From contig JAZRJJ010000058.1 in assembly GCA_045645705.1 (NCBI GenBank), forward strand, positions 33,746-97,745: DNA of 64,000 nucleotides, written 5' to 3'. How positions within the stretch are numbered: position 1 is the stretch's first letter; every line of letters starts with the position of its first letter. The stretch is from Alistipes sp. GTDB taxonomy: Bacteria; Bacteroidota; Bacteroidia; Bacteroidales; Rikenellaceae. A program made the translations under genes and the position numbers. The notes under the pieces were generated by a model that saw nothing but the letters and a program-made list of their open reading frames with translations, was not told the DNA's origin and made no database searches. This document shows positions 40,192 to 51,356 of the stretch, piece by piece.

Positions 40192-43100
40192 ATGAAGAAT
40201 CGCCGCATATTTGTTGAGAAATATTCGCGTTTCCAGGTCGAGGCCGAGACATTGCGCCACGAACTAAACACAAACCTCGGTTTGAATATCGAGCATTTGC
40301 GCTTTGTCAATGTGTACGACCTCTTTGGCTTTACTGATGAGTTGCTCGAGAAGAGCCGTTATAGCGTCTTTGGCGACGTCGTTACCGACTCGGTTACCGA
40401 CGAGTGCGACACCGAGGGCATGCCCTCATTGGCTGTTGAGTTCTTGCCTGGTCAGTTCGACCAGCGCGCCGCTTCTGCCGTAGACTGCGTACACCTCATC
40501 GAGCCCAATGCCGAGGTAAAGATTAAGTCATCACGCCTCTACATCTTCGACAAGAGCATCGACGCTGCCGCTATGGCACGCATCGAGAAGTACCTCATCA
40601 ACGCCGTGGAGTCGCGCAAGAAGAACCTCGATATCTTGTCGGATGCCGAGAGCGCAGAGATTAAGCCTGTTGCCGTATTGGAGGGCTTCCGCGATATGAA
40701 GGAGGAGGACTTGGCGCCCTACTGCAAGGAGAATGGCTTGGCTATGAACGCTGACGACTTGCGCGAGGTGGTGACCTACTTCCGCACCGAGGGTCGTGAC
40801 CCCATCGAGACCGAGCTTCGCATCCTCGATACATACTGGAGTGACCACTGCCGCCACACTACCTTTACTACCGAGATTGAGGAGATTACGCTCGACGAGT
40901 CGTTCATGAAGGCTGAGTTCGAGGAGTCGTTGGCCTTGATGCGTAAGATTCGCGAGGAGTTGGGCCGCGAGAATAAGAGCCTCTGCTTGATGGAGCTTGC
41001 AACGATTGGTGCGCGCTACCTCAAGAAGCAGGGCAAGCTCGATGATATGGAGCAGAGCGAGGAGAATAACGCATGCTCTATCTTCGTTAATGTCGATGTT
41101 GATGGCGTCATGGAGAAGTGGTTGTTGCAGTTCAAGAACGAGACCCACAACCACCCAACCGAGATTGAGCCCTTCGGTGGTGCTTCGACATGTCTTGGTG
41201 GCGCTATCCGTGACCCATTGTCAGGCCGTAGCTACGTATATCAGGCTATGCGCGTAACGGGTGCTGGCGACATCTATAAGCCCGTTGACCAGACCATGGA
41301 GGGTAAGCTTCCCCAGCGTATCATCTCTACAAAGGCTGCTGCGGGCTACTCAAGCTACGGTAACCAGATTGGCTTGGCTACAACCCATGTTCGCGAGGTC
41401 TACCACCCCGACTATGTAGCAAAGCGTTTGGAGGTAGGTGCTGTTGTAGGTGCTGTTAAGGCTGATAATGTACGCCGTGAGAGCCCCGCACCTGGCGATG
41501 TAGTATTGTTGCTCGGTGGCCGTACGGGCCGTGATGGCGTAGGTGGTGCTACGGGTTCATCAAAGGAGCACACGCTCACATCGTTGGAGGAGTGTAGCTC
41601 GGAGGTGCAGAAGGGTAATGCTCCCGAGGAGCGCAAGTTGGCTCGTCTGTTCCGCCGTGGCGATGTAACACGCTTGATTAAGAAGTCTAACGACTTTGGT
41701 GCTGGTGGTGTCAGCGTTGCTATTGGTGAGCTTACCGATGGCCTCGATATATACTTGGATAGAGTACCAACCAAATACAATGGATTAAACTTCTCGGAGC
41801 TCGCTATCTCGGAGTCGCAGGAGCGTATGAGCGTAGTTATCGAGCGCAAGGATATGGAGACCTTCATGGCTCTCTGCCACGAGGAGAATGTTGAGGTGAC
41901 CTATGTTGCCGATGTTACCGATACACGCCGTATGCGTATGTACTGGGGCGATAAGGTTGTTGTAGACCTTTCGCGCGACTTCATCGACTCGGCAGGTGCC
42001 AAGCACTACACTAAGGTGCGCATTGGCGGTGTCGATAATGTAAATCCTTTCGAGCGTAAGATTGAGGGCGCAACGACTACAAAGCGCATGAAGACCAACC
42101 TCTCGGACGACAACGTAGTGTCGCAGAAGGGCTTGATTGAGATGTTCGACTCTACTATCGGTGCCTCTACCGTCTTGATGCCTTATGGTGGTAAGACACA
42201 GTGCACCGAGACACAGGTGTCAGTTCAGAAGTTGCCCGTAGGTGGTGGCTTTACAAATACGGCAAGTATCATGGCCTATGGCTACAACCCCTTCATCGCG
42301 AAGTGGAGCCCCTACCACGGTGCTGCATATGCCGTAGTTGATGCTTGCGCAAAGGTTGTTGCTGCGGGTGCTCGCTACGACAAGATGCGCTTCTCATATC
42401 AGGAGTACTTCGAGCGCATGACCGACGATAAGTCGTGGGGTAAGCCTATGGCTGCGTTGCTCGGTGCGTTGAAGATGCAGGTTGAGTTGGGCTTGCCATC
42501 AATCGGTGGTAAGGACTCTATGAGCGGTACCTTCCGCGATATCAATGTGCCCCCTATGCTCATGGCATTCGGTATCACTACTGTTGATGCTCGCACGGTC
42601 ATCAGCCCCGAGTTCAAGGAGGCTGGCAACAAGATTTATGTCATCCGTCATACTCCCGAGGCTAACTACATGCCTTCGACCGAGTGCCTCAAGTCTAACT
42701 TCGACTTCGTATCGGAGAAGATTATGGAGGGCGACATCGTAGCCGCATGGGCTGTTGGCGCAGGTGGTGTTGCCGAGGGTGTTGCAAAGATGGCCTTCGG
42801 TAATAAGATTGGTGCAGCGTTGGAGTGCGACGAGCAGATGTTGTACAACTACTCTTACGGCTCAATCGTTGTTGAGAGCCGCCGCACACTCAACCACCCA
42901 TCAGCCGAGCTTATCGGTGTCACTTCGGCCGAGGAGGCAATCTTTGTCAACGGCACACGCCTTCCTTTGGAGGAGCTCTTGGAGGCAAACACCGAGCGCT
43001 TCACAAAGGTATATACAGATAAGGGTAAGGCAGGCGCGCCCACACGCGTAAGCGATGGCAAGGGCTTCGTTAAGACCTACGAGGGTGAGAAGGTGGACAA

Positions 43101-43899
43101 GGTTCGCGTATATCTCCCCGTCTTCCCAGGTACCAACTGCGACTACGACACAGCGCGTGCGTTTAAGCGTGCAGGTGCCGAGGTAGTAATCTCAGTATTC
43201 AAGAACCTCACAGGCGCCGATGTCTTGGAGTCTATCAAGGAGATGACCGAGAACATCGCCAAGTGCCACATCATGGCTCTCAGCGGTGGCTTCTCTGCGG
43301 GTGACGAGCCCGATGGTAGCGGTAAGTTCATCGCCAATGTGCTTAATAATAAGGATGTTGCAGACGCAATCCATGCGTTGTTGGACCGCGGTGGCTTGAT
43401 GTTGGGTATCTGTAATGGCTTCCAGGCATTGGTTAAGTCGGGCTTGTTGCCCTACGGCCGCTTGGGCATGGTTACCAAGGAGTCGCCCACATTGTTCCGC
43501 AACGACATCAACCGCCACATCTCGCAGATTGTTTCAACTCGCGTCGGCACTACCGCTTCGCCATGGTTGAAGTCATTCGAGGTTGGTGATGTTCACTCTA
43601 TCGCCGTTAGCCACGGTGAGGGTAAGTTCGTCGTTAGCGATGTTATGGCCGAGGAGTTGTTCCGCAATGGTCAGGTAGCGTTCCAGTATGTAGATGCTGA
43701 GGCACGCCCCACAACCGACTCGCCCTATAACCCTAATGGCTCAAGTTTCGGTATCGAGGGCATTATCGACCCATCGGGTCAGATTCTCGGTAAGATGGGC
43801 CACACCGAGCGTTACGAGCGCGACCTTATGAAGAACATCCACGGCGAGAAGGTTCAGGACATCTTCTCTAATGCAGTAAACTACTTTTACAACCGATAG
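40192..43899 (+). CDS. purL: FGAM synthase, single-chain clostridial/streptococcal type
   Basis: RIFVEK N-terminus, DTYWSDHCRH, KNETHNHPTEIEPFGGA, glutaminase LGICNGFQ and MGHTER. Confidence 0.96.
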   Translation: MKNRRIFVEKYSRFQVEAETLRHELNTNLGLNIEHLRFVNVYDLFGFTDELLEKSRYSVFGDVVTDSVTDECDTEGMPSLAVEFLPGQFDQRAASAVDCVHLIEPNAEVKIKSSRLYIFDKSIDAAAMARIEKYLINAVESRKKNLDILSDAESAEIKPVAVLEGFRDMKEEDLAPYCKENGLAMNADDLREVVTYFRTEGRDPIETELRILDTYWSDHCRHTTFTTEIEEITLDESFMKAEFEESLALMRKIREELGRENKSLCLMELATIGARYLKKQGKLDDMEQSEENNACSIFVNVDVDGVMEKWLLQFKNETHNHPTEIEPFGGASTCLGGAIRDPLSGRSYVYQAMRVTGAGDIYKPVDQTMEGKLPQRIISTKAAAGYSSYGNQIGLATTHVREVYHPDYVAKRLEVGAVVGAVKADNVRRESPAPGDVVLLLGGRTGRDGVGGATGSSKEHTLTSLEECSSEVQKGNAPEERKLARLFRRGDVTRLIKKSNDFGAGGVSVAIGELTDGLDIYLDRVPTKYNGLNFSELAISESQERMSVVIERKDMETFMALCHEENVEVTYVADVTDTRRMRMYWGDKVVVDLSRDFIDSAGAKHYTKVRIGGVDNVNPFERKIEGATTTKRMKTNLSDDNVVSQKGLIEMFDSTIGASTVLMPYGGKTQCTETQVSVQKLPVGGGFTNTASIMAYGYNPFIAKWSPYHGAAYAVVDACAKVVAAGARYDKMRFSYQEYFERMTDDKSWGKPMAALLGALKMQVELGLPSIGGKDSMSGTFRDINVPPMLMAFGITTVDARTVISPEFKEAGNKIYVIRHTPEANYMPSTECLKSNFDFVSEKIMEGDIVAAWAVGAGGVAEGVAKMAFGNKIGAALECDEQMLYNYSYGSIVVESRRTLNHPSAELIGVTSAEEAIFVNGTRLPLEELLEANTERFTKVYTDKGKAGAPTRVSDGKGFVKTYEGEKVDKVRVYLPVFPGTNCDYDTARAFKRAGAEVVISVFKNLTGADVLESIKEMTENIAKCHIMALSGGFSAGDEPDGSGKFIANVLNNKDVADAIHALLDRGGLMLGICNGFQALVKSGLLPYGRLGMVTKESPTLFRNDINRHISQIVSTRVGTTASPWLKSFEVGDVHSIAVSHGEGKFVVSDVMAEELFRNGQVAFQYVDAEARPTTDSPYNPNGSSFGIEGIIDPSGQILGKMGHTERYERDLMKNIHGEKVQDIFSNAVNYFYNR

Positions 43900-43902
43900 A
43901 GT

Positions 43903-44619
43903 ATGAAGGAGTTAGAATTGCTCTACGAGGGTAAGAGTAAGCAGATATTCAAGACCGATATGGAGGATAGGGTAGTCATCCGCTTCAAGGATGACACCTC
44001 AGCCTTCTACGGCATCAAGCGCGCCAATATCGAGAATAAGGGTCGCCTCACGTGCGAAATCTCCTCTATGGTGCTTGAGTATTTGAACGCCAACAACATC
44101 AATACGCACTTCATTGAGCGTGTTGGTGATGATGGCCAGTTGTGCCGCGTTGTCGAGCATGTCCCCGTTGAGGTCATCGTGCGCAATGTCGTTGCAGGCT
44201 CTATGGCCAAGCGCTTGGGCTTGGACGAGGGAATCGTTCCCGAGAACACAATCTTCGACCTTGTGTTGCGCCGCAGCGACCTTGGCGATCCACTCATCAA
44301 CGACCACCACGCCGTGGCGTTGGGCATCATGACATACGAGGAGCTTGCACAGGTGTACGAGATGTCGGCAGCCATCAACCGCTGCCTCACGGAGCTCTAC
44401 GCCAAGGCTGGTATCACCGTTGTTGACTTCAAGATTGAGTTTGGTCGCGATGCTAATGGTGCGTTGGTTTTGGCCGACGAGCTTTCGCCCGACACTTGCC
44501 GCTTGTGGGACACCGAGAGTGGCGAGCGCATGGATAAGGACCGCTTCCGCCGCGACTTGGGCCGTGTGCGCGAGACCTACGAGGAGGTAGCCCAGCGTTT
44601 GCACAATATACTTAAATAA
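43903..44619 (+). CDS. purC: SAICAR synthetase
   Basis: LYEGKSK, EVIVRN, DFKIEFG, LADELSPDTCRLWD, DKDRFR. Confidence 0.96.
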   Translation: MKELELLYEGKSKQIFKTDMEDRVVIRFKDDTSAFYGIKRANIENKGRLTCEISSMVLEYLNANNINTHFIERVGDDGQLCRVVEHVPVEVIVRNVVAGSMAKRLGLDEGIVPENTIFDLVLRRSDLGDPLINDHHAVALGIMTYEELAQVYEMSAAINRCLTELYAKAGITVVDFKIEFGRDANGALVLADELSPDTCRLWDTESGERMDKDRFRRDLGRVRETYEEVAQRLHNILK

Positions 44620-44627
44620 ATATAGGT

Positions 44628-46028
44628 ATGCTTAAGGATTCATTAGATATATATGGCGACGACCTGCACGAGGAGTGCGGTGTGTTTGGTATTTTTGGCG
44701 TAGACGATGCCCCCAACCTCACCTACTACGGCTTGCACGCATTGCAGCACCGTGGTCAGGAGGCGTGTGGTATCTCGGCGTTCGATGGCGACAAACTCAA
44801 CACCGTCAAGGGTGAGGGTCTCGTTACGGAGGTGTTCAACCAGCAGAAGCTCTCGAAACTCAAGGGCCGCATCGCTATTGGCCATGTGCGCTATGCAACT
44901 ACGGGTGGCGGTGGTGCAAACAATGTTCAGCCCTTCTCGTTCAACCACCACACGGGCGACTTCGCCTTGGCACACAACGGTAACCTCGTTAACTCACGCG
45001 AGTTGGCTGAGTACCTCGAGGTGCGTGGCAGTCTGTTCCACTCTACTTCAGACAGCGAGCTTTTGGCGCACCTTGTGAAGAAGGATAACCGCGAGGACAA
45101 GCGCATCGACAACATCATCGAGGCTTTGAACATGATTGAGGGCGCGTTTGCCTTCCTCATCATGACCAAGAACCGCATCTACGCCTGCCGCGATAAGCAT
45201 GGCTTGCGCCCCTTGGCTATCGGTAAGCTCGGCGATGGCTATGTCATCAGCTCGGAGACCTGCGCACTGGATATCGTCGGTGCGGAGTACATCCGCGATG
45301 TGGAGCCTGGTGAGGTCATCACCATCGACCACCACGGCATCCGCTCGAACTACTACTCACGCTACCAGCGCCACTTGATGTGCGCCATGGAGTACATCTA
45401 CTTTGCTCGCCCCGATAGCGATATTGAGGGCTGCAATGTACACTCCTTCCGCAAGCTCTCGGGCCGCTACCTCTATGAGCAGTGCCCCACAAAGGCCGAT
45501 GTCGTTATCGGTGTTCCCGACTCAAGTATCAGTGCCGCTATTGGCTATTCGGAGGCGAGTGGCATCCCCTACGAAATGGGCCTCATCAAGAATAAGTACA
45601 TCGCTCGTACCTTCATTCAGCCCTCGCAGGAGATGCGGGAGAAGGGCGTGCGCATGAAGCTCTCGGCGGTGCGCTCGTTGGTTAAGGATAAGTCGGTGGT
45701 GCTCATTGACGACTCTATCGTGCGTGGTACCACATCGTTGCGCATCGTGCGCCTGTTGAAGGAGGCGGGAGCCAAGGAGGTTCATGTACGCATCGCGAGC
45801 CCCGCGATTACCAACCCCTGCTTCTACGGCATCGACATGTCAACACGCGAGGAGTTGCTCTGCGCGCGTATGTCGAAGGAGGAGGCTTGCAAGGCTATCG
45901 AGGCTGACTCGTTGGAGTTCTTGTCGGAGGAGTCCCTGCTCAAGTCGGGTAACCGCTCGGAGTTGTGTATGGCATGTTTCAACGGCTGCTATCCTACGTC
46001 GTTGTATCAGAATAAGTTGAATAAATAA
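44628..46028 (+). CDS. purF: Amidophosphoribosyltransferase (propeptide and Fe-S, Bacillus-like)
   Basis: [27 protein letters not shown]; Cys ligands in CAMEY, PCFYG, CMAC. Confidence 0.97.
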   Translation: MLKDSLDIYGDDLHEECGVFGIFGVDDAPNLTYYGLHALQHRGQEACGISAFDGDKLNTVKGEGLVTEVFNQQKLSKLKGRIAIGHVRYATTGGGGANNVQPFSFNHHTGDFALAHNGNLVNSRELAEYLEVRGSLFHSTSDSELLAHLVKKDNREDKRIDNIIEALNMIEGAFAFLIMTKNRIYACRDKHGLRPLAIGKLGDGYVISSETCALDIVGAEYIRDVEPGEVITIDHHGIRSNYYSRYQRHLMCAMEYIYFARPDSDIEGCNVHSFRKLSGRYLYEQCPTKADVVIGVPDSSISAAIGYSEASGIPYEMGLIKNKYIARTFIQPSQEMREKGVRMKLSAVRSLVKDKSVVLIDDSIVRGTTSLRIVRLLKEAGAKEVHVRIASPAITNPCFYGIDMSTREELLCARMSKEEACKAIEADSLEFLSEESLLKSGNRSELCMACFNGCYPTSLYQNKLNK

Positions 46029-46045
46029 TAAATACAGATATAATT

Positions 46046-47074
46046 ATGGCAAAAAGTTACGAAGCAGCCGGCGTAAATCTCGAGGCTGGTTACGAAGTTG
46101 TTCGACGCATCAAGTCGCATGTATCATCTACAAAGCGCGTAGGCTCAATGGGTAACATTGGTGCTTTCGGCGGTATGTTTGACCTCGCAGCTCTCAACAT
46201 CAAGGAGCCCGTATTGGTTAGCGGTACTGACGGTGTTGGTACAAAGCTCAAGTTGGCTTTCGAGATGGATAAGCACGATACTATCGGTATCGACGCTGTT
46301 GCGATGTGCGTAAACGATGTTTTGGCACAGGGCGCAGAGCCTTTGGTATTCTTGGACTATGTCGCTGTAGGCCACAACGAGCCCGCAAAGGTTGAGGCTA
46401 TCGTTGCAGGTGTTGCAGAGGGTTGCCGCCAGGCAGGTTGCGCCTTGGTAGGTGGCGAGACTGCCGAGATGCCTGGCATGTATCAGGATGGCGAGTACGA
46501 CATCGCGGGCTTCACCGTAGGTGTTGTTGAGCGCTCGAAGCTCATCGACGCTGGTGAGCGTGTTAAGGTTGGTGATGTGTTGGTAGGTATCGCCTCAAGC
46601 GGTGTTCACTCTAACGGCTTTAGCCTTGTGCGTAAGGTTGTTAGCGATAACAACCTCAAGTTTGGCGAGACATATCCCGAGATTCCTGGCCGCACACTTG
46701 GTGAGGCATTGCTCACTCCTACACGCATCTACGTTAAGCAGGTGTTGAAGGTTATCGCCGAGTGCGATGTTCACGGCATCAGCCACATTACAGGTGGTGG
46801 TTTCGACGAGAACATTCCTCGCATCTTGAAGGATGGCCAGGGCGTAGAGGTTAAGGAGGGCACATGGGAGATTTTGCCCGTGTTCCAGCTCTTGGAGAAG
46901 TATGGCAAGGTTTCTCACCGCGAGATGTTCAACATCTTCAACATGGGTATCGGTATGGTTATCGCATTGCCCGAGGCAGATGCCGAGAAGGCTATCGCTA
47001 TCCTTGCCGAGTGTGGCGAGCGTGCATCGGTTATCGGCCGCGTAGTTGAGGGTGAGGGCGTAACTATCATCTAA
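46046..47074 (+). CDS. purM: AIR synthetase
   Basis: [42 protein letters not shown]. Confidence 0.98.
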   Translation: MAKSYEAAGVNLEAGYEVVRRIKSHVSSTKRVGSMGNIGAFGGMFDLAALNIKEPVLVSGTDGVGTKLKLAFEMDKHDTIGIDAVAMCVNDVLAQGAEPLVFLDYVAVGHNEPAKVEAIVAGVAEGCRQAGCALVGGETAEMPGMYQDGEYDIAGFTVGVVERSKLIDAGERVKVGDVLVGIASSGVHSNGFSLVRKVVSDNNLKFGETYPEIPGRTLGEALLTPTRIYVKQVLKVIAECDVHGISHITGGGFDENIPRILKDGQGVEVKEGTWEILPVFQLLEKYGKVSHREMFNIFNMGIGMVIALPEADAEKAIAILAECGERASVIGRVVEGEGVTII

Positions 47075-47077
47075 GCT

Positions 47078-47653
47078 ATGAGAAAGACACGATTGGCCGT
47101 CTTTGCCAGCGGCAGTGGTAGCAACTATGAGGCCATTGCCAAGGCGTGTAGCGAGGGTGTCATAGATGCCGAGGTTGTGCTCTTGGTGTGCGATAAGCCT
47201 GGTGCTTATGTGCTTGAGCGCGCAAAGCGCTACGGCACAGAGTGCTTCGCCTTCAACCCCAAGGAGTATGGCTCGCGCGAGGCCTACGAGACCGTGTTGG
47301 CTACGATGCTCGACGAGCGCGATGTGGACTTCGTCTGCTTGGCGGGCTATATGCGCATCGTGGGCAAGGTGCTCTTGGAGCGCTATGAGCGTCGCATCGT
47401 AAACATCCACCCCTCGTTGTTGCCCTCGTTCAAGGGTGCGCACGCCATTCAGGATGCGGTGGACTACGGCGTGAAGCTCTTTGGCGTTACCACACACTTT
47501 GTTGACGAGACTCTCGACGGTGGTCGCATTATCGACCAGGCGGGTGTTGTCTACGAGGGTAGCGACATCGAGGAGCTCACCAACATCATTCATGGCATCG
47601 AGCACAAGCTCTATGTCAAGACCATTAACAAATTGATAAATAAGAAGTTTTAA
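47078..47653 (+). CDS. purN: GAR transformylase
   Basis: ASGSGSN, LAGYMRI, NIHPSLLPSFKG, LDGG. Confidence 0.97.
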   Translation: MRKTRLAVFASGSGSNYEAIAKACSEGVIDAEVVLLVCDKPGAYVLERAKRYGTECFAFNPKEYGSREAYETVLATMLDERDVDFVCLAGYMRIVGKVLLERYERRIVNIHPSLLPSFKGAHAIQDAVDYGVKLFGVTTHFVDETLDGGRIIDQAGVVYEGSDIEELTNIIHGIEHKLYVKTINKLINKKF

Positions 47654-47656
47654 GAT

Positions 47657-49186
47657 ATGAGAGCATTAGTTAGTGTTAGCGACAAGTGTGGCGTTGTGGA
47701 GTTCTGTCAGAACTTGCGCCGCCTTGGCTGGGAGATTATCGCTACGGGAGGCACACAGAAACTCCTCGAGGATAGCGGCGTAGAGACCATCGGCATCAGC
47801 GATGTTACGGGCTTCCCCGAGATTTGCGATGGCCGTGTTAAGACCCTTCACCCCAAGGTGCATGGCGGTTTGTTGGCACGCCGCGACGACGAGAGCCACT
47901 TGAAGGCATTGAAGGATAACTCTATCGAGTTCATCGACATGGTGTGCGTAAACCTCTACCCCTTCCGTCAGACCATCGCAAAGCCCGATGTTAAGATGGA
48001 GGATGCTATCGAGAATATCGACATCGGTGGTCCCTCAATGTTGCGCTCTGCAGCGAAGAACTACCGCGATGTAACTGTTGTGTGCGACCCTACGGACTAC
48101 GCTCGCATCATCGCCGAGATTGAGGAGGGTGGCAACACAACCCTCAAGACACGCCTCGAGCTCTCTGCAAAGGCCTATACCCACACTGCAGAGTACGATA
48201 TGTGCATCGCGACATATATGCGTAAGCAGGCGGAGTTGAACGAGAAACTCTTCGCATCGTTCGACCTCGTTCAGTCGTTGCGCTATGGCGAGAACCCCCA
48301 CCAGTCGGCAAAGTTCTACGCTTCGGCAGATAAGGTGCCTTACTCGTTGGCTACAGCCAAGCAGCTCAACGGAAAGGAGATGTCTTACAACAATATTCAG
48401 GATGCTAACGCCGCGCTCAACATCGTGCGTGAGTTCAGCGAGCCTTTCGCTGTGGGTCTCAAGCACATGAACCCCTGTGGTGCTGCTATCGGCAAGGATA
48501 TCAAGGAGGCATGGCAGAAGGCCTACGAGGCTGATACAGTGAGCATCTTTGGTGGCATCGTAGCCGTTAACCGCGAGATTACCAAGGAGGTAGCCGAGCT
48601 TATGAAGCCCATCTTCTTGGAGATTATCATGGCGCCCGCATTCTCGGCCGAGGCACTCGAGATTCTCTGCACAAAGAAGAACTTGCGCCTCTTGCAGGTG
48701 GATATGTCATCTTCGGACAACGAGCAGATGCAGTATGTTACCGTAAATGGTGGCCTCTTGGTGCAGAAGCTTGATACCGATACCAAGGAGGTTGTTGCCG
48801 ATATGTGCGTTACGGAGCGTAAACCCTCAGCAGCGGAGATTGAGGATATCAACTTCGGCTGGCGCATCGTTAAGCATGTCAAGTGTAACGCTATCGTTGT
48901 TGTTAAGGATGGCCACACCGTTGGTGTTAGTGCAGGCCAGATGAACCGCGTAGGCTCTGCGGAGATTGCTCTGAAGCAGGCACAGGCAGCGGGCTTCACC
49001 GAGGGTCTCGTGCTCGCATCTGACGGCTTCTTCCCCTTCGACGATACCGTAACCCTTGCCCAGCAGTATGGCGTAACAGCGCTCGTACAGCCAGGTGGTA
49101 GCGTTCGCGATGAGGACTCTGTTGTTAAAGCAAACCAATATAAGATGACTATGCTTGTTACAGGCATGCGCCACTTCAAACATTAA
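47657..49186 (+). CDS. purH: Bifunctional AICAR transformylase/IMP cyclohydrolase
   Basis: ALVSVSDK, GRVKTLHP, IDIGGP, LRYGENPHQ, ASDGFFPF, RHFKH. Confidence 0.98.
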   Translation: MRALVSVSDKCGVVEFCQNLRRLGWEIIATGGTQKLLEDSGVETIGISDVTGFPEICDGRVKTLHPKVHGGLLARRDDESHLKALKDNSIEFIDMVCVNLYPFRQTIAKPDVKMEDAIENIDIGGPSMLRSAAKNYRDVTVVCDPTDYARIIAEIEEGGNTTLKTRLELSAKAYTHTAEYDMCIATYMRKQAELNEKLFASFDLVQSLRYGENPHQSAKFYASADKVPYSLATAKQLNGKEMSYNNIQDANAALNIVREFSEPFAVGLKHMNPCGAAIGKDIKEAWQKAYEADTVSIFGGIVAVNREITKEVAELMKPIFLEIIMAPAFSAEALEILCTKKNLRLLQVDMSSSDNEQMQYVTVNGGLLVQKLDTDTKEVVADMCVTERKPSAAEIEDINFGWRIVKHVKCNAIVVVKDGHTVGVSAGQMNRVGSAEIALKQAQAAGFTEGLVLASDGFFPFDDTVTLAQQYGVTALVQPGGSVRDEDSVVKANQYKMTMLVTGMRHFKH

Positions 49187-49204
49187 TATTGTAAGTAAAA
49201 GATT

Positions 49205-50449
49205 ATGAACGTATTAGTTATTGGTTCGGGTGGTCGTGAGCATGCTATTGTCGGGGCTATCTCGCGCTCGCCCAAAGCCCCAAAGATATACGCAGCACCT
49301 GGTAACGCTGGCATCGCACAGCTCGCCGAGTGTGTAGCAATCAAGGATACCGAGGTCGATAAGCTCCTCGAGTTCGCCAAGGCTAACGCCATCGACCTCA
49401 CCGTCGTAGGCCCCGAGGCAGCGCTCGCAGCGGGTGTCGTTGATGCCTTCCGCGCGGCAGGTCTCAAGATTTTCGGCCCCACAAAGGCGGCAGCAGAGAT
49501 TGAGGCGAGCAAGGACTTCGCAAAGCGCCTCATGGTTAAGTACGACGTGCCCACCGCGGCATACGAGACATTCTCTGACTTCGACGCAGCGTTGGCATAC
49601 GTAAAGAAGGGCTCACTCCCCACAGTATTGAAGTACGACGGCTTGGCAGCAGGTAAGGGTGTAGTCATCGCTACAACCATGGAGGAGGCAGAGGCTACAT
49701 TGCGCGATATGCTCTTGGATACACGCTTCGGAAAGGGTAGTGTGGTTATCGAGGAGTTCCTCACTGGCGAGGAGTTCTCGTTGATGTGCTTCGTTGCGGG
49801 TAACAAGATTTGCCCCATGCCCGTAGCACAGGACCACAAGCGTGCCTACGACAACGATGAGGGCCCCAACACTGGCGGTATGGGTGCATATACCGAGTTG
49901 CCCTTCATCAGCGAGGAGGACCACGCATATGCCATGGAGAACATCATGCAGCGCGTAGCAGACGCCATGGTAGCGGAGGGTACTCCCTTTACGGGTGTCT
50001 TGTATGGTGGCTTGATGAAGACCCCCAACGGCATCAAGGTTATCGAGTTCAACGCTCGCTTTGGTGACCCCGAGACCGAGGTTGTATTGCCACGCTTGAA
50101 GAGCGACGCTATCGATGTGTTCATGGCCGTTGCATCTAACGAGCAGCCCGCAGCAGAGTGGTCTGAGGGCGCAACACTCGGCATCGTACTTGCATCGAAG
50201 GGCTATCCTGGCGACTACACTAAGGGCCATGTGATTCGCGGCGTTGAGAATGTAACATCGAAGGTCTACCACATGGGTACAGCCATAAAGGATGGTGAGC
50301 TTGTGACAAATGGCGGCCGCGTAATGTTTGTTGTGGCCGAGGCTCCAACACTCCGCGAGGCACAGCAGAAGGCCATGGAGGATGTCAAGCGCATCGAGTG
50401 CGACAACCTCTTCCACCGCAACGACATCGGTGCAAAGGCGTTCCGCTAA
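49205..50449 (+). CDS. purD: GAR synthetase
   Basis: GSGGREHA, GLAAGKGV, GPNTGGMGAY, EFNARFGDPE. Confidence 0.98.
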   Translation: MNVLVIGSGGREHAIVGAISRSPKAPKIYAAPGNAGIAQLAECVAIKDTEVDKLLEFAKANAIDLTVVGPEAALAAGVVDAFRAAGLKIFGPTKAAAEIEASKDFAKRLMVKYDVPTAAYETFSDFDAALAYVKKGSLPTVLKYDGLAAGKGVVIATTMEEAEATLRDMLLDTRFGKGSVVIEEFLTGEEFSLMCFVAGNKICPMPVAQDHKRAYDNDEGPNTGGMGAYTELPFISEEDHAYAMENIMQRVADAMVAEGTPFTGVLYGGLMKTPNGIKVIEFNARFGDPETEVVLPRLKSDAIDVFMAVASNEQPAAEWSEGATLGIVLASKGYPGDYTKGHVIRGVENVTSKVYHMGTAIKDGELVTNGGRVMFVVAEAPTLREAQQKAMEDVKRIECDNLFHRNDIGAKAFR

Positions 50450-50475
50450 TAGTCTAATTATTAAAATGTTACTTT

Positions 50476-51327
50476 ATGATTATAAGTGGTAAAGAACTAT
50501 CAAAGTCACTCAAGGAGGAGCTCAAGGTAAAGGTCGAGGCGATTGGCAAGGAGTATGATCGCACTCCCAACCTTGTTGTTATCCTTGTTGGTGACGACCC
50601 AGGTAGTGTCTCATATGTTACGGGCAAGGCTAAGGCTGCCACCGAGGTCGGCATCCGCAATACCACGCTCCGTCGCGAGGCTACAATCAGCGAGGAGGAG
50701 CTCTTGGCACTTGTCGATGAGCTCAACAACGACGCAGATGTCGATGGCATCCTCGTGCAGTTGCCCCTGCCCAAGCATATCGACGAGAACAAGGTTATCG
50801 CAGCCATCTCACCCGAGAAGGATGTCGATGCGTTCCACCCCATGAATGTGGCTAAGTTGTGGCTCAAGCAGCGCTGCGTGTTGCCATGTACTCCCAAGGG
50901 TATCATCAAGTTGTTGCACTTCGCAGGCGTGGAAATCGCTGGCAAGGAGGCCGTAGTGGTGGGTCGTAGCAATATCGTGGGTCAGCCCGTAGCGAAGTTG
51001 CTCCTCGATGAGAATGCTACGGTTACCGTGGCGCACTCGCGCACCAAGAACCTCGCAGAGGTGACTCGCCGCGCCGACATCCTCGTTGTGGCAATCGGCA
51101 AGGAGCGTTTCCTCACTGCCGACATGATTAAGCCTGGCGCTGTGGTCATCGACGTGGGCGTAAACCGCGATAGCCGTACAGGCAAGCTCTGTGGCGATGT
51201 GGACTATGAGGAGGCACAGCATGTGGCATCGGCCATCACCCCCGTACCTGGTGGTGTAGGCCCCATGACCATCACCTGCCTCATGGAGAACACCGTGGAG
51301 GCCTTCCTCAACAGAATGAACAAGTAA
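50476..51327 (+). CDS. folD: Methylene-THF dehydrogenase/cyclohydrolase
   Basis: GILVQLPLP, KDVD, PCTPKG, GRSNIVG, TPVPGGVGPMT. Confidence 0.97.
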   Translation: MIISGKELSKSLKEELKVKVEAIGKEYDRTPNLVVILVGDDPGSVSYVTGKAKAATEVGIRNTTLRREATISEEELLALVDELNNDADVDGILVQLPLPKHIDENKVIAAISPEKDVDAFHPMNVAKLWLKQRCVLPCTPKGIIKLLHFAGVEIAGKEAVVVGRSNIVGQPVAKLLLDENATVTVAHSRTKNLAEVTRRADILVVAIGKERFLTADMIKPGAVVIDVGVNRDSRTGKLCGDVDYEEAQHVASAITPVPGGVGPMTITCLMENTVEAFLNRMNK

Positions 51328-51356
51328 TAACATTAACAATATAACTAACCTGCCTT